A DNA stretch of 64,000 nt from Podospora anserina (lineage: Eukaryota): positions 558,001-622,000 of the forward strand of contig CM030334.1 in the NCBI GenBank assembly GCA_017654855.1, read 5' to 3'. The notes beneath the pieces are model-generated. The model saw only the letters and a list, made by a program, of their open reading frames with translations. It was not told the DNA's origin and did not search any database. Made by a program: the position numbers and the translations under genes. Each line of letters starts with the position of its first letter. Position 1 is the first letter of the stretch. Positions 11,858 through 25,112 of this stretch are shown piece by piece.

Positions 11858-14201
11858 ATGACATCTAGCGCCGCAACGACCCAACTGGGCCGTCATCTTT
11901 GGGGCTCGATCCGAGATTCCGTCACCATTTTCGCAGCGAGGCTACCACAACGCCCGCCGAAGCCAACCCGCACGCCGTTTGGCCAACTCTGCCAGCCCTT
12001 CCACCCCGCAAATCCGAGTCACACTTCGCCATTGATCCACCCAGCGAAGAGCTTCTCGAGGGCTTATTCTTCAAGAGCAGCCCGACCTCCCCCCAGAAAG
12101 AGCTGCACCTCCGGGTGTTTGCTCCTCCTGGGATTATCACCAAGTCCATCTTCAACAAACGCAGTGGTGACGACGTGCGCTCGCAACACAAGCCAAAAGG
12201 CCCAGCTGAGCTATTTGGCGCGGCAGATATGGAAACAGAGTCGCCAACCCCGCAATGACCGGGGCGAAGTGAGCATCATCGGGAGGAGGGGCAAGAGCTC
12301 CAGCACCAACCGAGACGGCGATAGGAACAATGTCACTGGTCAACCAACACCAAGGACTGAGGTTGAGAAACCACAAAATGGCCCTCCAAAAACACCCGAA
12401 TCTGAGCTCAGTGAAGCCGAAAGTATCGCGGATTCCATGTCCAAATATTTGCACCTTCCAAAGATGCCGCATAGACCGACGAAAGAGGAGCTTCTTGCAG
12501 CGACGAATGGGTTTCTTCAACGACTAAGAGTGCGGTTCAAATGGTTTTCCATCAGGAGTATGCGGCCATGGAATGCAGATGAATGGGGAGCTTTTGTGTC
12601 TTGGTTCTTGTTCGGGCATCTTGTCTGGATCTTGGTTGGGACTACTACCTTCTTCTCCCTTATCATTCTGTTTATCAATACCGTCTTTGCTCAGGGTAGG
12701 CTCTTTCCGTATATTTCTGCTTTGCAAGACACGATACTGATAGGCATGTTCAGAAACGCTCGCGAAATGGATTGGCGACTACCTTACTCAGTCTGCAGGA
12801 CTTACGGTTGTTTTCGAGTCGGCTATTGTCCCGAGATGGAAGGATGGCGTCATCACCTTCCGGAATGTGTTCGTTTCTCGGAGGCCAGGCCAGCACGGCA
12901 AGTCGACTGTCAAGAAGGGTTCCTCCAATGCTGCAGCTGAGGCGGCAGCCGCAAGACAAACGGCACTGGAGGAAGAGGCAGATGATGGCAACTATACGCA
13001 ATTCGACGTGACCATTGATACCGTCAACGTCACCTTATCGTTTCTAAAATGGTGGAACGGGAAAGGGCTGCTCAGGGATGTAGAGGTCAAGGGTGTTCGA
13101 GGTGTAATCGACAGGACCTCGGTTGTCTGGGGCGATGAGGAAGTTGACCCTCTGACTTTCAGACACGAACATAACCCCGGCGACTTCGAGCTTGATTATT
13201 TCAAAATGGAAGATCTTCTCGTTACGGTACATCAGCCCGGCGGATTCCGGCCCTTTTCCGTTTCGATATTCTCGTGCGAGCTCCCTCAGCTTCGAAAACA
13301 GTGGCTCTTTTACGACTTCCTCTCCGCCTCGCACATGTCGGGTGCATTTGACGGTTCCCTGTTCACTATCCACCCTCGACAGATACACGGTGTTTCAGCC
13401 GCCGCCGCAGAGGACCGGAGGCAGGACGTGTTTGGCGCATCATCTGCGTGGAAGAAATTCTCTCGTTTACGCATTGACGGTCTCAAGATCGATCACCTGA
13501 ACCGCGGAGTGGAAGGTCCGTTTGGGTGGATTTATGAAGGAAATGTCGACATCGTAGCCGATGTCATGTTTCCAGCTGATCCCGCAGAAGGGATTGGCAA
13601 AGTTGTGGCCGAGTTCTATGACAAAATGGAAGAAGCCGTCACGAGTAACCGGTACCTACAGATATTGGACACCAATGGCACCCGTCGCCGAGAACGAGAA
13701 CAAAACATCATCAACAACTCAAGGCCTTACTCGGTACGTCATGACGAGAATCTGCTGTCTGGAGAGAACCCATCCGCTCCCCTTCCGGCATCCTCTCACC
13801 ACCACCCGCCCCCCTCACAAGAAGAGGTTCCCGGGTATCTGGTCATGGACTTGCGCATCCATCTTAACAATGTGCGCGCCGCCGTTCCTCTCTTCAATAA
13901 TCCGCACATTAGCTATGTCAACCAAGCTCTAGTGCGCCCGATTGTTGCCTACATCAACGCCAAGCGCACATATATTCCCGTAAACTGCCGCATCGTGAAG
14001 CGCGTAACCGACTTCGATGGTTCCTGGACGGTCTGGGACTGTGGTCTGATGGATGACACGAGCGCAGAGGTCTACTCTGCGTTTGCGTACAATGTCGAGG
14101 ACCAGCAGAGCCGAGTTCGCCGGTTCAAACGGGTTGGACTGTGGACTGTCAGTCTTGTTGTTCATGCTCTGCTTGCTGGCGTGGCGGGCGATTACATGTA
14201 G
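11858..14201 (+). CDS. MDM31: Mitochondrial inner membrane protein Mdm31/Mdm32 family (intron 12696-12753)
   Basis: Basic presequence-like N-terminus. RFKWFSIRSMRPWNADEWGAFVSW, NTVFAQE-TLAKWIGDYLT, GNYTQFDVTIDTVNVTLSF, and a C-terminal TM segment. Confidence 0.93.
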
Positions 14202-15243
14202 CCTATGAACGATACCTATTTAACGATTAATATCTTCTCTTTTTCTCTGCCCGATGGTGATTCCACCCAGGCATGAGATGTGTATCACTAAAACAAAAGG
14301 GGGTTGGATTCCGGCGGGATGGTACGGACTTTTAAATACACTGGCTGGTGGGACTGCATCATTACGTTTCAGGGCATATTGGCGGGTGGGTTTGGGATAA
14401 CTGGAGGAGGGTTTTGGCTGTTTTTCTTCTATAGCGATCAGACTCACTCGGGGCGCTGTGGTTTACTCTTTTGGGGACTTGGTTTTCACGTCCGTCATCA
14501 TGTCACGATGCGAAATGACTGGTGGAGTCGAGGGGAAACAGTTGCTAACCCTCGAGCTGTATCAAATACATGACAGAGGGAGCGGAATAAATAAGGTTCA
14601 GCAGCATTGTAGTGTGCCCCGTCTTATCACTGGCATCAACGATAGGTTTGAATACATTTAGTAAGGATACTCTGGAGAAGAAAAGGGGCAACATGCACGT
14701 GTGTCGGCCCTAGGACAACTCGAGGGTATCGTGAAAAACCTATCAACAAACATGAGCTCTGTTAATAAAAGCCAAATTGTCTACGATGATGCGGTAAATT
14801 CAACCACGAAGCCTGCCATACCACCTCTTGCTTCACAGATTTTGAGCTATCTTTATATTTCCCCATTGCTCCGCTGATCTATGGTCGTTCTGGCTGTCTG
14901 GATAACCACCCAAACGCCTCCGATACCGCCGCTCTCTCGTACTGAACTAGCCGCTGGCTGAATGACAAATTCCCTCCCGAGCTACACTCCCAGGCCCATT
15001 CCAAATTTTGTTGTACTGTACATGCCAAGCTCTCCCCGGCCTTGACGCGGTGGATAGGGGTCGGCAGCATCTCCCATCATGTTCTGGCCCGGCTTCTCCA
15101 GTGCGCAGGTTTTCCATCTGCCAGGTAACCCCATTTGAGCTTCTTGTGTCCCAAAGCCCAATCTCTCGCCTGGCATTGAATGTCAAAGTCTGTGACGATG
15201 GCGGAATTGAAGCGGCAGGCTGCTGAATCATTCGGGGGAGCTT

Positions 15244-16376
15244 TCACATAAAGTCATCACTGGAGAGTAATTGTGTTAGCCAGCGTCTGTGCATTACCAC
15301 GGCAAAAAATGTTGAGGACTTACTCTCCAAAGGCCTCATCATCATCGTAGGTAGCGGTATCTTGAGCAACACCACCGCCACGGGACACACCCGCCAGAGA
15401 GGTCTTGGTCTTGGCAGCCTTGGTCTTCTTGCCGCCCTTCTCGGCCGCCTTCTCCTCCTTCAGCTTCTCGTTGCTGAGGGCTGTCAGGGCGCTGGCGACC
15501 TTCTTGATCTCGTCAGACTTGCAGTCCTTGATGATCTGCTTGAAGTACTCCTGGGCAAAGTTGACGAAGTGGGCCTTCTTGGCGTTGGAGGCGAGGAGAG
15601 GGGCTGTCGCGTTGCGGAGGGTCTCGAACTGGCCCTTGGTGAGTGGGTTGAAGATTGGCAGGGTCGAGAGATCGATGGTGTTGTTGGGGTCGCTTCCGGG
15701 GAGCTGGACAACGCTGGCGGAGGCGTTGGCCTTGCGGCCGCTGCTGATGCCGATGGCGCCAAAGAGATCCTGGGCGTGGGCAAGATCGGCTTCCTTCTCG
15801 GTGCGACGGAGACGCTCACGCTTCTGGGCCTCGGTTTCGCCGTCGCTCTCGGATTCCTCCGCGAGCTGGCGGGCGCGCTCGGCCTGGCGCTCGGCGATGC
15901 GCTGGGCCTTGCTCTTCTTGTTGGCAGCGGCTTCGGCTTCGGCCTTGGCCTTGGCTTCGGCAGCCTTCTTTGCCTTCTCGCGCTCTACCTCGGAGTCCTC
16001 GGCGGCGTCCCAGGAGTCCAGGACATCGCTGTCCTCGGCCTCCTCATCGTCGAACTTGCGGCGGCCGACGGGGGCAGCGGTGGTTGGGGCCTCGGTGCCG
16101 GAGCTAGACTCCTCCTCTTCATCGTCTATAAAACAATAAGCAGGGTCAGCTTGCGGCTACTATGAGGATATGGGTTGCGAAATCATGGCTGCGGACAGTG
16201 TCGTCTGTCGCGATGCGAATTGAACAAATCTGAACCCTTGCTCGATCCTTGCCGCGGGGTCGTGTATCACCATGGAGGGGTAACTCAGACGTGGCTTTTC
16301 GCGCATCGATCGCGGGGTGATTTTGCGGGAAAAAAATGCTTGCTCACTTACCCCACCGCTTGTTTGGTCCAGGCAT
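15244..16376 (-). CDS. HCR1: Translation initiation factor eIF3 subunit j (exons 16376-16352, 16125-15324, 15259-15244)
   Basis: Absent from the ORF track because the main exon has no start codon. Manual translation gives MPGPNKRW-DDEEESSS...RRKFDDEEAEDSDVLDSWDAAEDSEVEREKAK...EADLAHAQDLFG...NEKLKEEKAAEKGGKKTK...FG-DDDFM*. The DDDFM C-terminus is characteristic of eIF3j. Confidence 0.93.
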
Positions 16377-17083
16377 GTTGATGGTGTTGTTGTTTGCTGT
16401 ACTGCAAAAGAGCGATGTCTGGTAAAATCTAGCGTGAGGGAAGGATTTCTAAGAAGTGGAACGGTTTATGTGCTTCTTCTGGACGACCTGCGCAAAAGGT
16501 TGTTGCGGTGGATCAGGTTTCCAGCAGCAAGGTTGGGCAGCAGAAAAGGGGGGAAAAAAAGATGGTGTTGCCGTTCGTGGTGGAGGGCTACCAATTTAGG
16601 TTCCAGGTTGTGCGCACTCCAGCGATGCCCCCCAAGTTTCACAGCGTCCAGGTTTGCTCCCAAACAGCGGCCCCCCACTATTTGATATTTACCTTCTAAG
16701 GTCCATATGGATACAGCGGCTTCAAGCTTCCATCAACATCCATCCACTCGCATCCGGCTGCCACCTCTTTGAACGGCACTGGGACCTAATGTCTCACAAT
16801 GGCTCCCACTTAGCATTGTCCCTGCTCATCTGGGTGAATGTCCTGCAAATTGCCAGACCATGACAGGTATCCTTGCAAACAGCCTCACCTGGTTCAGTCG
16901 GGACGAGTCATGGCTTGGCAAGAGAATCGGTTGACTAAGTCGATTCCATTCACGGGTCATCGCGGAAGTTCAGTGTTGAAGTCCAAAGAGCATATGACAG
17001 CACGTGGGAGCAGGGGGAAGCCGGGCGGCAGGTTTGGGTTTGCTGCATGGCTTTCAATCATATCGTCTTTCGGTTATCAAAGT

Positions 17084-17091
17084 TGACGTCA
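17084..17091. promoter_or_regulatory. Perfect CRE palindrome TGACGTCA about 670 bp upstream of the AOX start
   Basis: Exact ATF/CREB site in the sequence. A CRE is also described upstream of Neurospora aod-1. Confidence 0.5.
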
Positions 17092-17531
17092 CGGTGTAGA
17101 ATGACTTCTTCCATGGGCCAGATATCACGATCTCCAATGGTTCCAAACAACCGCATGATGCTCAGTAACTAGATTATTCTGCGGCTTCTAAGGTGCTGAG
17201 TCACCGGGTCGGCTACTTCTATTTCTTCTGAGATAGCAATCTCACGCCGGAGGAGAAACAATGACAGGGCAAAGCTGACCCGAGAGATCCCGACCACGCC
17301 GAAAAATACCTGCGTCCAGCTGACTGGCCAGCACAGCCTTACGAGCTCTCCCAACATATTTTCGTGGTCAAAGATGGGCAACTCCTTGTCCTGTCGGGCC
17401 TGGTGTTTGTCGTCCAGTTGGATCTTGTTCCGCTGCCGTCTCAGGAAATGCCACCCCCGAGGCTGGCGGTACTGTTTCCACGGAGAATTACCGCTTCTGT
17501 TGAGAGAAGGGCACAGGAGGATGGGAGTCAC

Positions 17532-17544
17532 CGGACGAACCCGG
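17532..17544 (+). promoter_or_regulatory. Alternative oxidase induction motif CGG-N7-CGG (AOD2/AOD5 = RSE2/RSE3 binding site)
   Basis: CGGacgaaccCGG lies about 100 bp upstream of TATAAA (17644-17649) and about 210 bp upstream of the AOX ATG. Confidence 0.82.
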
Positions 17545-17643
17545 AGTGTGTTGAAGCTCGTATCGGTATCCCATGTGAGATTCCTACGATTTGTTTGAGT
17601 AATACTCGGGGTTGGTATTCTTTGTCGAGGTTTCTGGGGGCCA

Positions 17644-17649
17644 TATAAA
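17644..17649 (+). promoter_or_regulatory. TATA box of AOX
   Basis: TATAAA about 105 nt upstream of the ATG. Confidence 0.65.
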
Positions 17650-17752
17650 CCAGTAGAATAGCCACTTCAAGGATGAAGGCGTCTCCTAATCAGCCTTCTT
17701 CAATGAACACAGATTCCCTTGGAAACCTTGATATATTCCTACCCACACCACA

Positions 17753-18982
17753 ATGATATCTTCCAAAACTAGCAACCGCATATGCCTCTGCTCCCCACAG
17801 CAAACGGCACGGATCACTGGGATTGTCGTCTCCTCTCGCCCAGCTTATCTGACGGGGCTTGGTTATCCGGTTTCCCTTCGACTCAGCTCAGCTGTATCTC
17901 AGTCCTCCTCCCAACACACCCGCAGCTTTTCATCAACAAGGGCTGCTCATCTGAAGGATTTCTTCCCGGTGAAGGAGACGGCCTATATACGGAAGACACC
18001 GCCAGCATGGCCTCACCATGGTTATACCGAAGAGGAAATGTTGGCAGTGGTGCCTCAGCACCGAAAACCCGGATCACTCAGTGATTGGCTTGCGTGGAAG
18101 CTGGTCCGTCTGTGTCGGTAAGTCAAAGTTATATACTTGGAATATCCGAAGTCTTTGTTCGGAGGAGCATGCCCTAAATCATATATCCAGATGGGGAACA
18201 GACATCGCCACCGGCATAAAGCCCGAACAGCAAGTCGACAAGTCAAACCCAACCACTGCTGTGGCGGCACAGAAGCCGCTGACAGAAGCTCAATGGGTAA
18301 GTAACCACACCTATGGCAAAACCCATCCTCCCGGCTCCAGAAGATATCCTAACCAGGCCAGCTTGTTCGGTTCATTTTTCTCGAATCCATTGCCGGCGTC
18401 CCTGGAATGGTGGCAGGTATGCTACGGCACCTTGAGAGCCTCAGACGCCTCAAACGGGACAATGGCTGGATCGAAACCTTGCTCGAGGAGTCATACAATG
18501 AAAGAATGCATCTTCTCACCTTTATGAAGATGTGCGAGCCAGGCTGGTTCATGAAGACGATGATTCTCGGGGCGCAGGGTGTCTTCTTCAACGCCATGTT
18601 CCTGAGCTACTTGATCTCGCCACGAATTACACACCGTTTCGTTGGCTACCTCGAGGAGGAAGCGGTCCACACCTATACTCGATGTATCCGGGAGATTGAA
18701 CAAGGCGATCTTCCCAAGTGGTCTGATCCGAACTTCCAGATTCCCGATCTTGCTGTCACGTACTGGAAGATGCCCGAGGGAAAACGGACCATGAGGGATC
18801 TGATCCTTTACATTCGTGCCGATGAGGCAGTTCACCGCGGTGTGAACCACACCTTGAGCAACCTCAACCACAAGGAGGATCCCAATCCTTTCGTCAGCGA
18901 CTACAAGTGCGATGCTGACCATCAACGACCCAACCCGGCGCTCAAGCCGACTGGGTTTGAGCGGAGCGAGGTCATTGGTTGA
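17753..18982 (+). CDS. AOX: Mitochondrial alternative oxidase (introns ~18118-18190 and ~18297-18361)
   Basis: Presequence followed by the di-iron motifs [36 protein letters not shown] and [13 protein letters not shown]. Confidence 0.98.
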
Positions 18983-19411
18983 AAAATTATGGTTTAAAAT
19001 AACCAGGGCGAGGACGTCTGTTCGACAGGAAACTGCATCAATTCTACGTATTTGGTCATATTTGGGCTCTATTATAGGCATCTTGGTGGGCATGGTAGAG
19101 GTTTGGCGGCGTTATCATGGCTTAGACAGGATACCAGCACCTCCTCTCATTACAAGGCTTTTGGCGCATTCGGGTAAACAAAATAAAAGTAACCAGACGA
19201 GGTATAGATACTGCATAATGCACTGCTTTCTGTATCTAGTGATCTGTGCGGGTAGGGGAGCTCCTTCGACGTATCAGTACGTGTAGCGCCGAACACCTCA
19301 GCCACCATTGGCAGACATTACACATTTGATTCACACACTCAGAAAGTAGGGACTGCGACATGAAATCAAGGGCTTACAGGATAGTTGACATACTTCAAAT
19401 ACCACATAATA

Positions 19412-19500
19412 GGCCTTTAGAATTTGCCGAGAAGCCTTTGAGGATAGTCGAGAGGCTTTTAAGGATAGTCGAGAGGCCTTTCAACATGGCCTTTAAGACC
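19412..19500 (+). repeat. Degenerate 21-bp tandem repeat (about 3 full copies plus partial copies)
   Basis: ggcctttagaatttgccgaga / agcctttgaggatagtcgaga / ggcttttaaggatagtcgaga / ggcctttcaacat / ggcctttaagacc. Confidence 0.7.
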
Positions 19501-21606
19501 TTAGGGTTTGGTCACAATCTCTCGGAAGATGCCAAAGCATAGCCTCCTTCACCAAGAGTCTGCCAGATCAGCGCAGGTTGCAGGTGTTGAGCTGAGGCGA
19601 CAAGTTGCAGGTAATAATCTAACTCATTTGGGTCTCGAGTTTCAGGGCCTGCCTATTACCACCCGTGCCTCGCATAGATCGTTTGTGATTAATGCATCAT
19701 TCGATCCTGATCAGTGCCCGATTAAAGCGTAACAAACACAGGTGGTTATGGTATTGACAGGGCTGAATGTGCATGAAAAGCAAGCGACAAATAGCACATT
19801 CTGGCCATGATATCAGTCATGTGCCTCCATTTCTTTTGGACCCAAGTTCAGAAGAAGAGCTGATGTTACCGCCGCCGCTACTGAGTTGGGCTTATGGTAT
19901 TATCCATGATAGGGCTGAGGACCATTGCCGGGACCAACAGGCTCCAAATCCGATGGGCTGTGAATGGATAGATGGGCGAATAGCTTATCTTGTCAAGTGC
20001 CGCTGTGCCTCACATGGAATAATCCGATGGAACAAATGGAACTTGTCAAGACTCGAATCACATTTCGCCGCCATGACGCTTGGCTGTTGCTTCGTCGGGA
20101 CGAACTGCGAGGACGAGCAAGTGGGAAGAGATCCCAGGCTGTTAATTCGTAGGAAAGCGAAGGGGACCATCCACTGACACAAGTCACATCACTACTGCGC
20201 GGTTCTTATCAATGGGGCACGGTGTCCACACTGTCTTTACCCCTCTACAAGACAACAATTTGGGGATGCCATAACGGGGGAGGTACAGTGCGATGTCAAC
20301 ATTCAAGCACGGGCATATATATCATCGGATTGGATGAAGCGGGGGAGCTGGGGCACCCGTTTCAACACCTCCTTGAATGATCATCCGAATCCAGACCTGT
20401 GATTTCCGGCCCGTATAAATAAAGCGTAAAGGAACTCTTCTGATTTACTGACCCCATTTGGCGCTTTGTAAAAGTACAGATGGCGGTAGAGGACCATGAT
20501 TGTGAGGAGATACGATCTTGCCCCCCCACCAGTTGAAGGGGTCCCCCTTACAAGACTCGTGATATGTGCCCGGCCACACTCCATGTCCGGTCTGAGAATA
20601 TCCACTCTCGGGGCACCTCCGTTTTCTTCACCGCAGTCACAGTGACCCATCCCCGAGTTCCCCGCTTAATCTGTCCGTAACATTGCCCTGTCGTTGGGCC
20701 TCAAAACCCGCACATGCTCAGGGCCCTGACGCCCGAATATGTTCACGACTTGGCATCCCTTGGCCAGTGCACTTACACCAGTATTTTCATACCGAAATAG
20801 GATCCAGTCTCCCTGCGCTCACAGGGTCAAAGCAGGCGCATAACATTAACTTTCAGTTCGACAGGCGCCAGCCTTGTGGTTCGTTGGGCCAGGTAAGGAG
20901 CACCCCTATTTCCCCCATGATACTCCAATCTATCGACCTAAAAAACGGCCCAGTGCGTCCCGGGCCTGTCGAGGAAAGCGCTTGAGTGCAGCGCAGCACA
21001 TACTTTGTCTGCTCATGAAGCTTTCTCTCCTCACCCACAGATCACCCACAGGTGCAGGGCGCCTGCTATCAGACAGAGTTCAGACAGAGTGTAGGAAAAC
21101 CCCAGCTAATAGCTCACACAAAGATCCCACTCAACCACAATTGGCCGGCACAGGTTGACTCGACCCCACCATTCGCTCTGCCCCCCGGTCATCCCCCGTG
21201 GGCCCCTCCTTGCCCGCCTCCATCCAACAAGCACAACGCACCCGACGCCCGCATCTCACCCGGGAAGCGGTTCAAAAAGCGGGAGAAGAAGAACAGGCTC
21301 GGCGGCTACGAAACGTCGTCGCGTGGGTTCCCCTCTCCTCCTGCCCTCTCGCTCGTCCATCAAACGACCGAAACACATCCAGAAGGTGGGGTTGGACCTG
21401 CCAGCGAAGCACCTTTTACTCGTTCCATCGTCGCTGCACGTTGCTGCATACCTACCTAAGCACCCAGCACAGCCTCGCTCTCCAAAGCACTGCCACGGTG
21501 CCTGGAAGGCTGACTCCCAAACTGCCTCGTCGCGCGTTCTAAAGACAGAAACACCACGTACAACACCATTGACTCTCTAGCGGTCCGACAGCGAATCAGC
21601 GAATTC

Positions 21607-23920
21607 ATGGACCAACAGCTTCCCCAGGCCCGCGGGCGATCGCTCTCGGCCGCATCTACTGGCGGGGGCCACCACCACCAGCAGCCTCCCAATATAATAA
21701 GAGATCACTCTCCTTCGCCCGCCCGCTTTCCCAATCCGAATGATGCCGTCGTCTCTTCTATCGGTCTCGGTCTTGGCCTCGTCGACCAGCAGTTTCCTAC
21801 CGCCCAGCCCGACTACTCGGCTTACAACGCAAACTCCAACAGCTTCTTGAACAACCACCAGCCCTCGCCCCAGCCCTTCTCCCAGCCGGGCTTGTCTGAC
21901 CCCTCCAACGTCCCTACCTTTGACCTCAACCAGAGCTTCACGGACCCCCTCAAGCCCGAGAACTCCTCCTTTGGCACCTCCGCCCCGAGCACTTACCCCC
22001 AGCCTCAGACGCTCCTGGCCCCGAGCTTTGGCGACGCTGACTTCACCATCTTTCCGCCGACCCCCGGCGAATCTCAGTACGACGCCCCGCTGTTTGTTGG
22101 CGACAGCCAGCAGCAGCTCAACAGCGCAAACGCCAACATGATGGCACAGTCAAACCACAACCAGACCCCTCCTCACCTTCTCAACCCCGATCCTCAACAG
22201 CCTGGCTCTGCCCAGCACTCTCCGTCCTTCAACCAGCATCAGTTTCCTCCTCCCGGGAGGCATTCTAGGAATGTGTCACTCGGGCCCGAGGCGGCGCTTC
22301 TTCCGGGCCAGGTAGACTGGACCCGTGCTCAATTTCAGGGGCATAGACGCTCCCCCTCCGAGTTCTCCGATGTCTCCTCCGCCGCGCCTTCTCCCCTCCT
22401 CGTCAGTTCCGATAGTTTCGAGCAGCATGATGGCCATTCACCGATGGTGCGCCCTCAAGATGCCGGTCTTTATCAGGAGCTACATGGCATTGGAAGCTTT
22501 AGCATCTCGGACCACGGAGCTCACAGCCCAAATCACCCCGGAGCCAGGAGTCCATCACATAGCCCAGCCATTTCTCCACGTATTCTGCCTCAACAGCTGC
22601 CTGATGTGAACCAGAACAACTTCATGCTCCAATCACAGGGCAATTATGGTCACCCTTCGCCATATCTGCAGAGTTCACAGGAGGCCTTTCCCTCGCTGCC
22701 ACAGGAGACGGAGAATATAACCCCCAACCAAATGCCAGCACCTCCTTCCATTAATATCGATTTTGCGCCGACAGCCGTTAGAAACGGGTTTGATCAGCCC
22801 AAGAGCCTCGATGTCGACTCTCTTACACCGCCGGAAAGAGGTATGTCTTTTTTTTTCATTTTTTTTTCAAAGAAAATCCGAAATGTCAAAATACTAACAT
22901 GAGCCTGTTCCTTGCTCAGGACGAAGATTGGCTCGACCTCGTGCGGTAACAGATCCGTACAACACGAGCGGAGCGCTTCTTGGTTCCCATCGTAGCCCTT
23001 CCGCCACTGGGAGTTTGTCTCCCAACTCTGCTTCGGATGGTCGCTCCGATATTTCCCGCTCACTCTCTCCACTTGACCGGTCTGGGGCATCCCCTAACAG
23101 ACGGCGCCAATCTACCTCGTCGGTGCCCAACAATGTCATTGCCCTTCGGCTGGCGGACCCAGAATACAACGGCGGCGTGGCTGGCGAGGGTGCCGGTGGC
23201 TCAAAGCGTGTCCAAAAACACCCAGCAACCTTCCAATGCACACTCTGTCCAAAACGCTTTACTCGTGCTTACAATCTGCGGTCACATCTCCGCACTCATA
23301 CTGACGAGCGTCCGTTTGTATGTACCGTCTGTGGAAAAGCTTTTGCTCGACAGCATGACCGCAAACGACACGAAGGACTGCATTCGGGGGAGAAGAAGTT
23401 TGTCTGCAAAGGAGACCTCAAGAGCGGCAGTCAATGGGGTTGCGGTAGACGGTTTGCCCGTGCGGATGCGCTCGGCAGACATTTCCGCTCAGAAGCTGGG
23501 CGGATATGCATCAAACCACTTCTCGACGAGGAAATAAACGAGCGACAACGGCAGTGGAACGAACAGCGCATGCAACAAGCTGCGGTGCAGGGCATGGTCA
23601 TGCAGGCTCCTGGTATGATGATGCCTCCCGGCATGGACCCGAACGCGGGTGCGTACCCTATGGACCCCAACGGCAACTATGCGCTACCTCAGGCACTCTT
23701 GGCGCAATACCCAGCTTTGGCACAGATGAATTGGTCAGACATGGGCGGCGGAGGCGGCATAGAGGACGATATCAGTGGAAGAAGCAGCTACGATGCCAGC
23801 GACTATGACGACGAAGCTGATGGCGGCTACGTCAGCGGGCCTGGTACAGGGTTTGGGCCCGGAGGGATGCAGGAGAACTTTGGGGAGATAGGGTACGCAA
23901 GCGACTATGGAGGACGCTGA
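21607..23920 (+). CDS. CRZ1: Calcineurin-responsive C2H2 zinc-finger transcription factor (intron 22841-22919)
   Basis: [49 protein letters not shown] plus an atypical third finger. PxIxIT-like PSINIDFAP and a serine-rich region. Confidence 0.95.
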
Positions 23921-25112
23921 TGATCAGGCTGTTGCTTCCAAAACACAACACAAAAGATGAATTCGTGGATGGTCTTTGCGTAGCGCGTCGATTTGATTGA
24001 AGGGGGTTTCTTTTACTTGACCCTTTTTTTTGAACAGCATATCATTACTTGGGGGGGGGGGGGCCACATAGATGGGAGACAGTCCCCCTGTCTTATATTT
24101 CGCTGGAGATATCCGATTATGGCCGCAACTTTTACACAGGGCATCGTTTTTTGGATGACTTGATGATGATTTTTTTTAATTTTATTTTTTTCAAGTATTG
24201 GCCTTATTTGGGGATTTTAGCCCAGGATACGGCGGTGGGCTGGTTTGTTATGGCGAGGGAATTTCGAAAAGGAAACATGTTGGTGTTTTTGGATTCGATT
24301 CTTGAAATTATATCGGGCGAGATCGCACGCATCTGATGCGATTTGGTTGCTTACAGATACCAATCTACTATGTTTTATTGGCTTCCACTAGACATCTTTG
24401 ATCTTGATCTCCAGAGATTGTAAATATCTATCAGCGTCAGAGACTGAATCACACACATCTCTGGGCGACGAAAATAGTGTGGGACGGCACGTATAATCAG
24501 TTCAGTTGGTTCATGGGGCCGGATCGACCAGCGAGAGCCGTAGAAAGACCTTGTAGGTGTCCTGATCGACCTTTAACACAAATCGATGTGGAAAATAACG
24601 ACAGTGAATCGATCCTCCCACCCCTGCCAAGATACGGACATCAGATCATGCCCCGTCAGATCCAGAGACGATGGGTGTATCGAAGCGGGTATCGTATACA
24701 GCCTGAGCTACTTTTTGTCTTCGCCCTGCGCATCACACCTCTTTCCCAACAAACTGCATTGCCGGATAGCGTCATACATGGATGTAAAGTGGTATCCCGC
24801 TGCCGGTTGCTGGCCCGCTCTCGGAGGGGGGGCGCAGACAAGGCCATATGGCAAAGTTGGAATACGCTGTGGCACGGTGGTATCTCGGGTTGAAGGTGGG
24901 ATGAGCACTCGGGCGAGAGGAAGGATGATGAGATGATGTCTGCATAACAGGAGGTCTTTCACTGGCGGGATGACGACCGATGGACATGAGGTTGCAAAGA
25001 TGCAACATGTTCATATCCCCTGGTTGATATCAATTGCTTGTTAGCCCACCCCCCTCTTGCCTTTTGCTACAATCATCATTGAAACTCCTTTTCTGAGCAC
25101 ACAATTGCCAGA

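Noticed and set aside
14947..15231. 94-aa ORF in frame just after the eIF3j stop (possible readthrough)
   Set aside because: The stop context TGA-AAG is not the readthrough-prone TGA-CTA, DDDFM is the conserved terminus, and the extension looks random.
15362..16165. Plus-strand ORFs of 267 and 244 aa
   Set aside because: Antisense shadows of the real eIF3j exon on the minus strand.
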